From Nitrospirota bacterium (GTDB lineage Bacteria > Nitrospirota > UBA9217): a stretch of 64,000 nt of DNA. The stretch is from contig CAWBNQ010000001.1 in NCBI GenBank assembly GCA_963790205.1, forward strand, positions 384,001 to 448,000. The letters are read 5' to 3'. Shown here in pieces: positions 17,978-28,053 of this stretch. The notes under the pieces are model-generated. The model was given only the letters and a program-made list of their open reading frames with translations. It searched no databases and was not told where the DNA came from. Both the position numbers and the translations under genes were made by a program. The number at the start of each line of letters is the position of its first letter. The first letter of the stretch is position 1.

Positions 17978-19882
17978 ATGAAAAAGACCATTCTTACACT
18001 TATTGTATTCATGCTCTGGGCCTCCCTGGCGGCCGCGGAGCAGGCCGCGAGCGACAACACGGCGGAGGCCCAGTCAACGGAAGCTCTCGGCGCCGATTTC
18101 GAAGGCCGCGTGGGTGCGGGCTACCGCTGGATTACGCAGAGCGGCAATCCCATCGCCGGCGAGTATGACTTTATCAAGTCTTCCGCCACGGGCGCCCTGG
18201 ACCTCGAGTACGATCCGCTTCCGCACCGTTTTGTGCTCGAATCCTATTTTTTGAACAACAAAGATTATTTCGGGGAGATGGATTACGCATACCGGGACGT
18301 CGTACTCTTCGATATGTATACCCGCGGGCTGTTCCATAACCTGGGCCATTACAGCTTCGGTCCCCCTTCGACGACGCCCGGAGTGAGCTTTACCGACAAG
18401 GACCCGGGGGCCGAGTACGGCATCGAGAACCAGCTGCGCAGGGCGTTCATTCGCTTCAAGACCCCTGACTTTCCTTTCCATCTCTATGCAGAGGTCATAA
18501 CGGTCGACCGGGAAGGCGAGATCCAACAGCGCTTCCTGCGCGAATTTTCCTCGGGGATTGACATGGTGTCGCAGTCCCGGGACATCGACTGGAACACGCA
18601 GCAGGTCCGCGTGGGCGCGAACAGCCACCTGGGGCCGGTTGAAGTAGACTATAGCCACATGGAAAAGAAATTCGAACCGCTCACGAGCCAGGAGCTTTTC
18701 GACGTCTATCCTCCCTCCACCACGCCGATACCTCACAACCTCACTCCCGAGCTCAAATCCTCGTCGGACACGGTGAAGCTCCATACCTCCTATTCGGGCA
18801 GGCTGGTGCTGGCGGGCACGTATACGAACGGGGACAAAAAGAACGAGGACAGCGGGGCGAAAGTGAATTTTTGGAACTCGGCTGGAGATATCACTTTTAT
18901 GCCGGTGACCAGTGTGATCATGGCCGTCAAATACCGGCACTACAATACCGACGCAAGCAACCCGGGCGCGGTGAATAACGTGACCCCGTTCGGCACGACG
19001 GTTGTCACTGTCCGGGACTCAATCTCTTCGTCAAGGGACGTTGTAACCGGCACGCTCCGGTACCGGGCGACCGACCGGCTGACGCTCAACGGGGAGTATG
19101 TGGAGGATACTACCGATCGTGCAAACGCCGAGGTTTTTTGGGACGTGCCGGAGAAGACCACGAAGGGAACGGCAAAACTCGGGCTCACCTACCGCGTCAT
19201 GAACAAGGTCACCCTCCGGGCGGACTACAGCCGGACCACGGTGGACAACCCTGCCTATGACACGGACCCCGACAAGGCGCAATCCGCCCGCGCGTCCATA
19301 ACGTGGGTGCCGACGCCCCGGTTCAACACCCTGCTCAGCTACAGCGCGGTGCGTGAGTCGCGGGACCTCCTGGGCGCGCCGCTGGGCGGGGGCAGCAGAG
19401 AAGCGTCGCGCGATCAGGGGCTGGCCAGCTTTACCGTGCTGATGAGCAACCGGTCATCGATAACGATAAGCTATGCCTACTTTAAAAACAAGGTCGACCA
19501 GACGGTCTCCCTTGACAGCGGATCCGGGCCTTTCGCCCTCGACTCGGGCGTTCCTTACGACGATATCTCCCACGTGGGATCGATCGTTCTCGCCGTGGCG
19601 CCGGTTGACGGGGTCAATCTTACCGCATCGGGAAGCAGGAGCTATTCGCGCGGCAATTTCAACCTCGCGGGGGCCGGCCCGGTGACCAATGTGGCGGGTA
19701 TTGCGGAGTTGTCGGACATGAAGGTCATCGACAGCACCTATGCGGCAGGCATCGAGATGCAGCACAGCAGATACGTGGGCAGCGAACTGACGTACCAGTT
19801 CCGGCGGTATGAAGACCAATTGGACAATACTCTGGACGGCACGGTGAAGACGGTGCTGGCCACCCTGTCCATGAAGTGGTAG
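17978..19882 (+). CDS. MtrB/PioB-like outer-membrane beta-barrel of a porin-cytochrome conduit
   Basis: Signal peptide; amphipathic beta-strand pattern; C-terminal aromatic residue (LSMKW); directly follows the decaheme gene. Confidence 0.82.
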   Translation: MKKTILTLIVFMLWASLAAAEQAASDNTAEAQSTEALGADFEGRVGAGYRWITQSGNPIAGEYDFIKSSATGALDLEYDPLPHRFVLESYFLNNKDYFGEMDYAYRDVVLFDMYTRGLFHNLGHYSFGPPSTTPGVSFTDKDPGAEYGIENQLRRAFIRFKTPDFPFHLYAEVITVDREGEIQQRFLREFSSGIDMVSQSRDIDWNTQQVRVGANSHLGPVEVDYSHMEKKFEPLTSQELFDVYPPSTTPIPHNLTPELKSSSDTVKLHTSYSGRLVLAGTYTNGDKKNEDSGAKVNFWNSAGDITFMPVTSVIMAVKYRHYNTDASNPGAVNNVTPFGTTVVTVRDSISSSRDVVTGTLRYRATDRLTLNGEYVEDTTDRANAEVFWDVPEKTTKGTAKLGLTYRVMNKVTLRADYSRTTVDNPAYDTDPDKAQSARASITWVPTPRFNTLLSYSAVRESRDLLGAPLGGGSREASRDQGLASFTVLMSNRSSITISYAYFKNKVDQTVSLDSGSGPFALDSGVPYDDISHVGSIVLAVAPVDGVNLTASGSRSYSRGNFNLAGAGPVTNVAGIAELSDMKVIDSTYAAGIEMQHSRYVGSELTYQFRRYEDQLDNTLDGTVKTVLATLSMKW

Positions 19883-19890
19883 CGGGAGGA

Positions 19891-20820
19891 ATGATGAGAC
19901 GATTAAGCTGGTTACTGTTTGCCGCACTGGCGCTCAGCGCCACGGCGGCGGCCGCCGCGGACAAGACCGTGGGCGTCATCCTGTCCGGGAACATCACATA
20001 CTACCAGGAGATCCAAAAGGCCTTTGCCGTCACGCTGGTCAAAGAGGGGTTCGACCATAGCAAGGTCGACACCCTGCTCCAGATGCCGTCGCCCGACCCC
20101 CTCTCCTGGACCAACGCCGCCCGTAAACTGGTGGTGGCCGATGTCAACGTGCTGGTGACCTACGGCGCGGCCTCCGCGCTGGCGGCCAGCAGGGAGACCA
20201 AGAGCATCCCGATCGTGTTCGCCGGCGTCTATGATCCCGCAGCCATCGGGGTGGCGGCCCGCAACATTGCCGGCATAAGCTCCAAGGTGCCGCTCACGAG
20301 CCTGCTCCGGTATTTGCGCAAGCTGATGCCGTTTACCCGGCTTGCCGTGGTCTACAACGAATCCGAAGCCGATTCGGTCCGCCAGGTGGAGGAACTGACC
20401 CAGCTTGAGAGCCAGTACGGCTTTCAGACCGTGCGGATGCCGATCAGGAAGGTCGATGACGCCCGCAGGCTTGTTTTTGCGGGAAAGGCGGACGCCGTAT
20501 TTATTACCGTGAGCGCCGCTGCGAACGAGGCCCTCGATACGATCATTAAAACCGCAAACGGGGCCAGGATCCCGGCCGTAAGCCAGACCGGCGGGACCGC
20601 CGAGAAGGGCGTCATCCTGAGCCTTGCACCAAGCCCGATCGAGCAGGGCGAAACGGCCGCGCGGATCGCTGCGAAGCTGCTCAGAGGCGCTAGTCCGTCC
20701 AGCATACCCTCCGAGGTCCCCAAGCTGGTCGAGCTGGTGCTGAACCTCAAAGAGGCGAACGCCCTGGGCCTGAAGGTGCCCATGGACCTGATCACGGACG
20801 CGACAAGGGTGATCAAATGA
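19891..20820 (+). CDS. Periplasmic substrate-binding protein (ABC_sub_bind type), no cognate permease/ATPase nearby
   Basis: RBS GGAGGA; signal peptide; [33 protein letters not shown] overlaps the MCP ATG. Confidence 0.85.
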   Translation: MMRRLSWLLFAALALSATAAAAADKTVGVILSGNITYYQEIQKAFAVTLVKEGFDHSKVDTLLQMPSPDPLSWTNAARKLVVADVNVLVTYGAASALAASRETKSIPIVFAGVYDPAAIGVAARNIAGISSKVPLTSLLRYLRKLMPFTRLAVVYNESEADSVRQVEELTQLESQYGFQTVRMPIRKVDDARRLVFAGKADAVFITVSAAANEALDTIIKTANGARIPAVSQTGGTAEKGVILSLAPSPIEQGETAARIAAKLLRGASPSSIPSEVPKLVELVLNLKEANALGLKVPMDLITDATRVIK

Positions 20821-22910
20821 GCATACTATCAAAAATGAGCTTAAAGACACAGGCGATGATCGCCACGGCCGGTATTCTTCTCCTGGTGCTCACGTTCAAT
20901 ACGCTTACCACGATCTATGTGACGACGGGCAAATACCGGGAAGCGCTCATCGCGAGAACGACCGTGCTTGCGGACGGGATCAAGAAGGACATCAACAAGG
21001 CGATCGGGTTTGGGCTCCCCCTGAACGCGCTCGAAGGCATGGGAGACAAGCTGCGCGCGTTGACCGAAGAAGACAAGGACATCTCGCGCGCCCTGGTCAT
21101 GGACACGGACGGCAAGGTGCTCTATACCAGCGACAAGGCGCTCGAGAACGCGGTCTTGAGCGATACGGCGAGCAAAGATGCGCTGGCGGCGACCAGCCCC
21201 ATGGTCCAAACCTATTCCGACGCGGCCGGGGGGCATATTGAAAAGGTCTTGCCGATTACGAGCCTCGACGGCAAAAAGCTTGGCGTGTTTCGCATCGCGC
21301 TGAACGAGAGCGCCGTCAACCGGCAGATCCGGAGCCTTCTTCTCTGGTCGCTCCTGGTCGCGCTGATAAGCTTTGTGGTCGCCACCGCCCTCGTCTATCT
21401 TTTCGTGCACAGCGAGATCACGAAGCCGCTCGCCCAGATGTCGACGACCGCTGCCGGCATGGCTGCCGGCGATCTCTCCCACGAGATCACCGTTACCGGC
21501 GAGACGGAGATCGCTATCCTGGGGGCCGCCATTAATACCATGTCGTCAAACCTGCGGGAGATGCTCGGCAAGATCAAACAGACCGGGGCGAGCCTCGGCG
21601 AGGCCATGACGCTGATGGGAAACGCCACGCTCAAGATGAGCCAGGGCGCCCGGGTCCAGCAGGAGGCAACGGAACAGACGGCGATGACCGTGAGCGAGAT
21701 GACCGCCTCCATCAAGGGCGTTGCCGAAAACGCCGAAGAGATGTCCCACGCCGCCACCGAAGCCTCGTCCTCGGCCTCGGAGATGGCGTCGTCGATCGAA
21801 GAGGTGGCCCGCAACGCCGGCGCGCTCTCGACGGCGGCCGAAGATACGGCGGCCTCCATCGAGCAGATGCTCGCGTCCATCAAGCAGGTGTCCGAAAACA
21901 CGGAGGCGCTCTCCGCGTCGGCGGAGCAGACCTCTTCGTCGATTACGGAGATGAGCGCCTCGGTGAAGGAAGTGGAGCAGCGGGCGCTCGATGCGGCGCG
22001 TTTGGCGGAAAAGGTTTCCGCCGATGCATCGGACCGGGGCATGGCCGCGTCACGCGAGGCGATCAAGGGCATGCAAAACATTAAGGAGGCCGTCGAGGCC
22101 ACGGCTGACGTCGTAAACCGGCTGGGGAAACGCTCCCAGGAGATCGGCCAGATCCTCAAGGTCATCGACGAGGTGACGGACCAGACGAGCCTGCTTGCGC
22201 TGAACGCGGCCATTCTCGCGGCCCAGGCCGGCGAACACGGCAAGGGCTTTGCGGTGGTCGCGGAGGAGATCAAGGAGCTGGCCGAGCGGACCGCGGCGTC
22301 CACGCAGGAGATCTCGGGCCTGATCGTTGCCGTGCGTGAAGAGACCGAACAGAGCGTGCAGGCCATGGCCCGGGGGCTCAAGGCCGTCGAGGCCGGCTCA
22401 TCCCTCGTGAATGTGACGAGCGAGGTGCTTGAACAGGTGGCGGACAGCTCCCGCCAGTCCGTGGACATGGCGCGCGCTATCGAGAAAACCACGGCGGAAC
22501 AGGCCAGGGGCGTGGCCCAGATCAAGGAGGCGTCAGTCAGCATTGCCAACCAGATCGAGCAGATCGCCCGGGCCATGCAGGAACAGCGCCGCGGCAGTGA
22601 ACGGATCGGGCAGGCCGCGGAGCGGATGCGCGATATCACCAGGCAGGTCAAGACGTCGACGCATGAGCAGACCTCGGGGGGAAGGCAGATTGCCAAGGCC
22701 GTTGAGTCCGTGAAGGTGCAGGCGGCCCAGATAGCCCGCTCCACGTCGGAGCAGAGTGTCGGCGCGCAGCATATCAGCGACGCAGTGAGCAAGATCCAGA
22801 AGATCACCCAGGAGGTCGTCGACGTGTCCGTCGAAATGGATATAACGGTCCAGACCCTCAAGACCCGCGCCGATGCGCTCCAGGCGGAACTTGAGGGCTT
22901 TAAGGTTTAA
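20817..22910 (+). CDS. Methyl-accepting chemotaxis protein 1 (long signalling domain)
   Basis: 2 TM, periplasmic domain, HAMP; tip [27 protein letters not shown]. Confidence 0.95.
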   Translation: MSILSKMSLKTQAMIATAGILLLVLTFNTLTTIYVTTGKYREALIARTTVLADGIKKDINKAIGFGLPLNALEGMGDKLRALTEEDKDISRALVMDTDGKVLYTSDKALENAVLSDTASKDALAATSPMVQTYSDAAGGHIEKVLPITSLDGKKLGVFRIALNESAVNRQIRSLLLWSLLVALISFVVATALVYLFVHSEITKPLAQMSTTAAGMAAGDLSHEITVTGETEIAILGAAINTMSSNLREMLGKIKQTGASLGEAMTLMGNATLKMSQGARVQQEATEQTAMTVSEMTASIKGVAENAEEMSHAATEASSSASEMASSIEEVARNAGALSTAAEDTAASIEQMLASIKQVSENTEALSASAEQTSSSITEMSASVKEVEQRALDAARLAEKVSADASDRGMAASREAIKGMQNIKEAVEATADVVNRLGKRSQEIGQILKVIDEVTDQTSLLALNAAILAAQAGEHGKGFAVVAEEIKELAERTAASTQEISGLIVAVREETEQSVQAMARGLKAVEAGSSLVNVTSEVLEQVADSSRQSVDMARAIEKTTAEQARGVAQIKEASVSIANQIEQIARAMQEQRRGSERIGQAAERMRDITRQVKTSTHEQTSGGRQIAKAVESVKVQAAQIARSTSEQSVGAQHISDAVSKIQKITQEVVDVSVEMDITVQTLKTRADALQAELEGFKV

Positions 22911-22932
22911 GGGAATTGTAAAGAGTCAAGAT

Positions 22933-23145
22933 CCACCACGGAGATTCACCCCGTTAGAGATGAAGAGTCCTGGCGGGGCAGGCGGAGAGACAGAGAAAAG
23001 AGGAAATCCTAAATCCGAAGCTCGAAATCCTAAACAGTATCAAATATCAAATTTGAACATTTGAGTTTCGCACTTGTTTCGGATTTAGCAATTCGTGCTT
23101 AGAATTTACCCCCTCCGCCGTGCTTTCCGTGATTCTGAGGTTCAA
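22933..23145. repeat. Nested intergenic repeat: heptamer inverted array (23004-23107) inside a CCACGGAG/ACAGAG-type element
   Basis: Inner left AAATCCT AAATCCG AAGCTCG AAATCCT AAACAGT; reverse complement of right AAATTCT AAGCACG AATTGCT AAATCCG AAACAAG; outer ACCACGGAG...ACAGAG / TTCCGTG ATTCTGAGGTT. Confidence 0.8.
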
Positions 23146-23175
23146 TCAGCTTTTTTGTTCGGGCTAGGAGGTCAC

Positions 23176-25200
23176 GTGCGAATCGGCATAAGACAGAGAC
23201 TCGTTTTCCTCATCTTCTTCGGACTCTTTGCCACCATGAGCCTTATCGGGACGTATCGATATTTCATGGAGAAGCGCGCCATCATGGCCGACACCGGCAA
23301 CCACGGCGAAGAGACCGGCAAGCTCATGGCCGAGCTCGCAGCACCGCTCTTGCAGACGTCGGATTTCGGCGGGCTTAACTACATGGCCCAGAATTTCATG
23401 CATACCCCCGATGCGCAGGAAGTGACGATCACCGACGCCGGGGGAAGGCAGCTCGTGCGGGCCGCCAAGCCCTCGCTCACGGAGAAGCGCATTTTCGCGG
23501 GGCCCTTTCCCGTCCTTTCCGACCAGACCAAGCTTGGCGAAATCAGGGTCGCGGTGTACCCGGCCGATCTTGACAAGAGGCTCAGGGCCTACGCAGTCAG
23601 CACCCTTCTGGAGCACCTCTTTATTTTTGTCATCCTTGCCGTTCTGCTCACCGTTTCGGTCTCCCGCACCATCACGCGACCGGTCCAGGAACTGGGAGCG
23701 GCGCTCAAGGACGTAATAGACCGCAAGGACTTTACCCGGCGCGTCGATGCCGGCCGAAATGACGAACTAGGCGCCCTTGCCGCCGGCGTGAACTACCTGC
23801 TGTCGCGTCTCGAACAGTTCGTCATCGATATGAGCGCCATCGCCGCGCGGATCAACGAGCTGAGCCCGCGGATCGCGGCCGGCACCCTCGAGGTGAAGCA
23901 GAACGCCGAAGTCGAGGCGACGGCCGTAGTGACCGTTACCGCGTCGGTCGAGAAGATATCCTCCTCCATCCAGTCCGTGGCCGAGAGCGCCGAGAGCCTG
24001 TCCACATCGGCGGAAGAGACGTCGTCCGCGATCCTCGAAATGAACGCCTCAAATACGGAAGTGGCGCGCCACACCGGGGAATTGACGGGCTCCGTCGAAG
24101 AGGTCACGACATCGGTCATGGAAATGATCGCCGCCATCCGCGAGGTGGCGGGCCACGTGGAGAGCCTGTCGTCCGCCGCCGAGGAGACCTCAGCCTCGGC
24201 GATCCAGATCGAAGCCACGGTCCGGGAGGTGGAACGCGCGGCACAGGAATCAGCGAAGCTTTCCCAGCAGGTTTCCCGCGAGGCCCGCGACATCGGTGTT
24301 ACGTCCATCCGGGAAACCACGAACGCGGTGGGAAGGATCAAGGAATCCGTCGAACGCTACTCCAGCCTCGTAACGCGGCTCGGCAAGCGCTCGGAGGAGA
24401 TCGGCAAAATCCTCGGCGTGATCGTTGAGGTGACGGAGCGTACGAACTTGCTGGCGCTGAACGCCTCCATCCTCGCGGCGCAGGCCGGCGAACATGGAAA
24501 AGGGTTTGCGGTCGTGGCCGAGGAGATCAAGGCCCTTGCCGACCGGACCGCCGGCTCGGCCCAGGACATCGCCAAACTTATTGCCGCGGTCCAGAAGGAG
24601 ACCAAAGAGGCAGTGGCGGCCATGACCGACAGCCTGACCGCCGTGGAAGAAGGCGTCAGCCGCTCCCAGGACGCCGGCGCGGCGCTTGATAAGATCCTGG
24701 CCAGCTCGGGACGCTCGGCCGAAACGGCAAACATGATCGAGCGGGCCATGGGGGAGCAGTCCCGCGGGATCAAACAGGTAAGCGAGGCCGTTGGAAACGT
24801 GAAGCAAATGATGAACCAGATCGCGACGGCCACGCAGGCCCAGAGCAAGGGCTCGGAGATGATCCTCACCGCCGCGGAGGGCATGCGCGACATCGCGCGA
24901 CAAGTGAAAAACGCAATGACGGAACAAGGGCGGGGGGGCAAGCAGATCGCCGAAGCGGCTGAGAACGTGACCGCGCGGGCCGGAACGATCGCTGCCGGCA
25001 CGAGGGAGCAGCGCCAGGTCAGCCGCCAGATCCTCGAGTCCATGGAGCGGATACAGGACATTCCCCGTCAGAACATGAAGCAGATGGAAGGTTTGGCAAC
25101 AGCGGTCGCAACGCTCGGCGAGCAGGTGCAGTTGCTGAACGAAGAGCTCGTGACCATGACGGTAAGAAAGACGTCGTCCGGCGGCGAGCAGGTGTCCTGA
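23176..25200 (+). CDS. Methyl-accepting chemotaxis protein 2
   Basis: AGGAGG RBS then GTG at 23176; 2 [29 protein letters not shown]. Confidence 0.95.
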   Translation: MRIGIRQRLVFLIFFGLFATMSLIGTYRYFMEKRAIMADTGNHGEETGKLMAELAAPLLQTSDFGGLNYMAQNFMHTPDAQEVTITDAGGRQLVRAAKPSLTEKRIFAGPFPVLSDQTKLGEIRVAVYPADLDKRLRAYAVSTLLEHLFIFVILAVLLTVSVSRTITRPVQELGAALKDVIDRKDFTRRVDAGRNDELGALAAGVNYLLSRLEQFVIDMSAIAARINELSPRIAAGTLEVKQNAEVEATAVVTVTASVEKISSSIQSVAESAESLSTSAEETSSAILEMNASNTEVARHTGELTGSVEEVTTSVMEMIAAIREVAGHVESLSSAAEETSASAIQIEATVREVERAAQESAKLSQQVSREARDIGVTSIRETTNAVGRIKESVERYSSLVTRLGKRSEEIGKILGVIVEVTERTNLLALNASILAAQAGEHGKGFAVVAEEIKALADRTAGSAQDIAKLIAAVQKETKEAVAAMTDSLTAVEEGVSRSQDAGAALDKILASSGRSAETANMIERAMGEQSRGIKQVSEAVGNVKQMMNQIATATQAQSKGSEMILTAAEGMRDIARQVKNAMTEQGRGGKQIAEAAENVTARAGTIAAGTREQRQVSRQILESMERIQDIPRQNMKQMEGLATAVATLGEQVQLLNEELVTMTVRKTSSGGEQVS

Positions 25201-25378
25201 GAACAATCCTCCGGTGTCCGAACAGTCTCGCGAAGCAGGCGGGAAAAAGTGACGGCGGAAGGGGAACAAATTCGGCGGGCAGGGTGATCCCACGCGGAGC
25301 GCCTCTCGCGGCCATGAGGAGTCCAAGGGTGCCTTTCCAGACGGTTGACGGCAGTCGCAGGTTGTTGAGGAGATTTTC

Positions 25379-27526
25379 ATGAGGGCGCTTAAGGAAATAC
25401 TAGCAGGCCTGACGCTGAAAAAAAAGATTGAGTCCAGCATGGGCCTGAAGCTTGTGGTCGCGCTGGCCGCCGTGATTTCCGCGCTCATGGTCCTTGGTAC
25501 GATCTTTGTGGCCCGCATGCTGCAGGAGGACCAGTATCGCAGCATCGAAACGCGCGGAAGAGAACTGGGGGTGTTTCTCGGAAAAGCGGCCACGGACGCG
25601 CTTCTCCACAAGGACATCCCCGCGCTCGACGGTCTCGTCGCTGAGGCGGTAAATTCGCAGGATGTGTTCTATGCCTATATCGTGGACGACTCAAGCGCGG
25701 TATTGAATAACATCCAGGCCAGCTTCAACCGCACGAATCCCGCCATGCGGTCCTTTTTATCCGATAATCAATCCGGCGATGTGGCCGTGCTCGCCGCAAA
25801 GGCGAAGGAAACACTGGACGCCATCGAGACGCAGTCAGACATCATGCTCGGCGCCACCCGCCTCGGCAAAGTCAAGATGGGTTTTTCCCGGGAAAGGGCC
25901 AAGAAGGCCGCGCGCAACGTGGTCTGGCTGCTGCTCGGAACGAGCGCCGCGATCGTGCTCGTTCTGTCAACGCTGATCTTTGTCCTGACGCAGCGGATGA
26001 TCGTCCTTCCCACCCGTCAGGCGGTATCGGTGGCATTGGGTACCGCCGAAGGCGATCTTACCCGGAGCGTTCGCGTGCGGTCCGTCGACGAGCTCGGGAT
26101 GCTCGGGCGGGGCCTGAACCGGATGATCCTCGGGCTGAAGGACATGATCGGCAGCATCCGTGAAGCTGCCCGCCATATGGTGTCGGTCCAGGGCGAGGTC
26201 AGGGGAATATCCACGAAGTTGACCTCGGGGAGCCAGGTGCAGTCCGAATCAGTGGAAGAAGCGGCGTCATCGGTGAATGAGATGCACTTCTCCCTGAAGG
26301 AAATAGCGGCCAGCATGGATGATCTTCACGCGACATCGGAGCGGACCTCGTCATCGGTTATCGAGATGGCGGTCTCGGTGAACGAAGCGGCCAAGTCCGT
26401 GTCCGACCTGTCGGGGTTTATCGACGAAACGTCATCGGCCATTACCCAGATGTCGGCCGCAATGCGGCAGATAGCGGAGCATGTCGGGATGCTGTCTTCC
26501 ACGGCCGAAGAGACCTCGGCCTCCGCCCTCGAGATCAGCGCCTCGGTGAAAGAAGTGGAGGCAACGGCCCGGCAGTCGGCGTCTCTTGCCGAGACGCTTG
26601 CGGAGGATGCCCAGGGGCTGGGCGTACGCTCTATCGAAAAGACCATCGAAGGGATGGGCCGCATAGAATCCAATGCGCGACGGACCGCCGACGTCGTGAA
26701 CCGCCTCGGCGAGCGCGCCGAGAGCATCGGCGGCATCCTGACCGTGATCGAGGATATCACAGACCAGACCGGCCTCCTGGCCCTGAATGCCGCCATCCTT
26801 GCGGCCCAGGCCGGCGAACACGGCAAGGGCTTTGCCGTTGTTGCCGCCGAGATACGGGAACTGGCGAACCGCACGGCAGCGTCCACGCAGGAAATCGGGA
26901 AGCTCATCGCCGCGGTGCAGGCTGAGTCCCGCGAGGCCGTTGACGTCATGAAAGAAGGGGTCGCATTCGTGGAAGAGGGGGTCCACCTGGCCACCGGCGC
27001 CGGAGATGCCCTGAGAAAGATCCTCGAACAGGCTGGATCATCGCGGGACATGAGCCGGAGCATCAACACGGCGGCGACAGAGCAGGCGCGGGGGATCAAG
27101 CAGGTGAGCGAGGCGGTCGACCGGATCAACGAGATGACCCATCAGATCGCCAGGGCCACCAACGAGCAGAAGGCGGGCAGCGAGCAGATCATGCAGGCCG
27201 CCGAAAAGATGCGGGAGCTCACGCGATTTGTCAAAAACTCCAGTGAAGAGCAGGCAAAAGCCGGAAAGGACATCACTCAGGCGGTCGAGACCATAAGCAC
27301 GAAGATCGGCATGGTGAACCGGGCCACGGGAGAGGTCCAGCAGGGAAGCGACCTGATCGTCAAGGCAATTGAACGGATCAAGGAGATCGCCAGGGCCAAT
27401 GCGGACCTGGCTTCGGGACTGAACAAGGCCATGGAGGCCATGGCGGCACAATCGACCCAGCTCGGCAAGGAAATCGCAAAGTTCAAGATGGCCGACGCGG
27501 GCCGGAGCGGGGCACAGGGATCATAA
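25379..27526 (+). CDS. Methyl-accepting chemotaxis protein 3
   Basis: 2 [29 protein letters not shown]. Confidence 0.95.
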   Translation: MRALKEILAGLTLKKKIESSMGLKLVVALAAVISALMVLGTIFVARMLQEDQYRSIETRGRELGVFLGKAATDALLHKDIPALDGLVAEAVNSQDVFYAYIVDDSSAVLNNIQASFNRTNPAMRSFLSDNQSGDVAVLAAKAKETLDAIETQSDIMLGATRLGKVKMGFSRERAKKAARNVVWLLLGTSAAIVLVLSTLIFVLTQRMIVLPTRQAVSVALGTAEGDLTRSVRVRSVDELGMLGRGLNRMILGLKDMIGSIREAARHMVSVQGEVRGISTKLTSGSQVQSESVEEAASSVNEMHFSLKEIAASMDDLHATSERTSSSVIEMAVSVNEAAKSVSDLSGFIDETSSAITQMSAAMRQIAEHVGMLSSTAEETSASALEISASVKEVEATARQSASLAETLAEDAQGLGVRSIEKTIEGMGRIESNARRTADVVNRLGERAESIGGILTVIEDITDQTGLLALNAAILAAQAGEHGKGFAVVAAEIRELANRTAASTQEIGKLIAAVQAESREAVDVMKEGVAFVEEGVHLATGAGDALRKILEQAGSSRDMSRSINTAATEQARGIKQVSEAVDRINEMTHQIARATNEQKAGSEQIMQAAEKMRELTRFVKNSSEEQAKAGKDITQAVETISTKIGMVNRATGEVQQGSDLIVKAIERIKEIARANADLASGLNKAMEAMAAQSTQLGKEIAKFKMADAGRSGAQGS

Positions 27527-27531
27527 GAGCT

Positions 27532-28053
27532 ATGGCGAAAGAAAAGAAGACTGCGGCAGCCGAAGACACCGTACAGCTCGTGACGTTTCAGGTCGGGACC
27601 GAGGAATACGGACTCGATATAAGCTTCATCACCGAAGTGGTCCGGCCGCTCAAGATCACGCCCCTTCCCAAAATGCCGGCGTTTGTCGAAGGCGTGATCA
27701 ATCTGCGCGGCGTCATCATTCCCGTCGTCGACCTGCGGAACCGCTTTGAGTTGAAGACGATCAAGAATGACCCGAGAAAAATGCGCATGATCATTGCGCG
27801 CGGCGCCGTTCACGGGAGCGCCGGAACGTCCGGCGACCTTCTCGGGCTCGTTGTCGACAACGTGGACGAAGTGATCCATGTTCCAAAAAAGGACATCGAT
27901 CCCGCGCCCGGGGCCGCCACGGGCAGGAATGCGGACTTCATCACCGGCATGGGCAAGGTAGGCGATCGGCTCATTATCCTCCTTGACATAACCAGGATTT
28001 TGAGCCAGCAGGAGCGCGTTGCGCTGGCGGAGGCGGGAAATGCCGAATCTTGA
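27532..28053 (+). CDS. cheW: CheW
   Basis: LVTFQVGTEEYGL, ITPLPKMPAFVEGVINLRG. Confidence 0.95.
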   Translation: MAKEKKTAAAEDTVQLVTFQVGTEEYGLDISFITEVVRPLKITPLPKMPAFVEGVINLRGVIIPVVDLRNRFELKTIKNDPRKMRMIIARGAVHGSAGTSGDLLGLVVDNVDEVIHVPKKDIDPAPGAATGRNADFITGMGKVGDRLIILLDITRILSQQERVALAEAGNAES

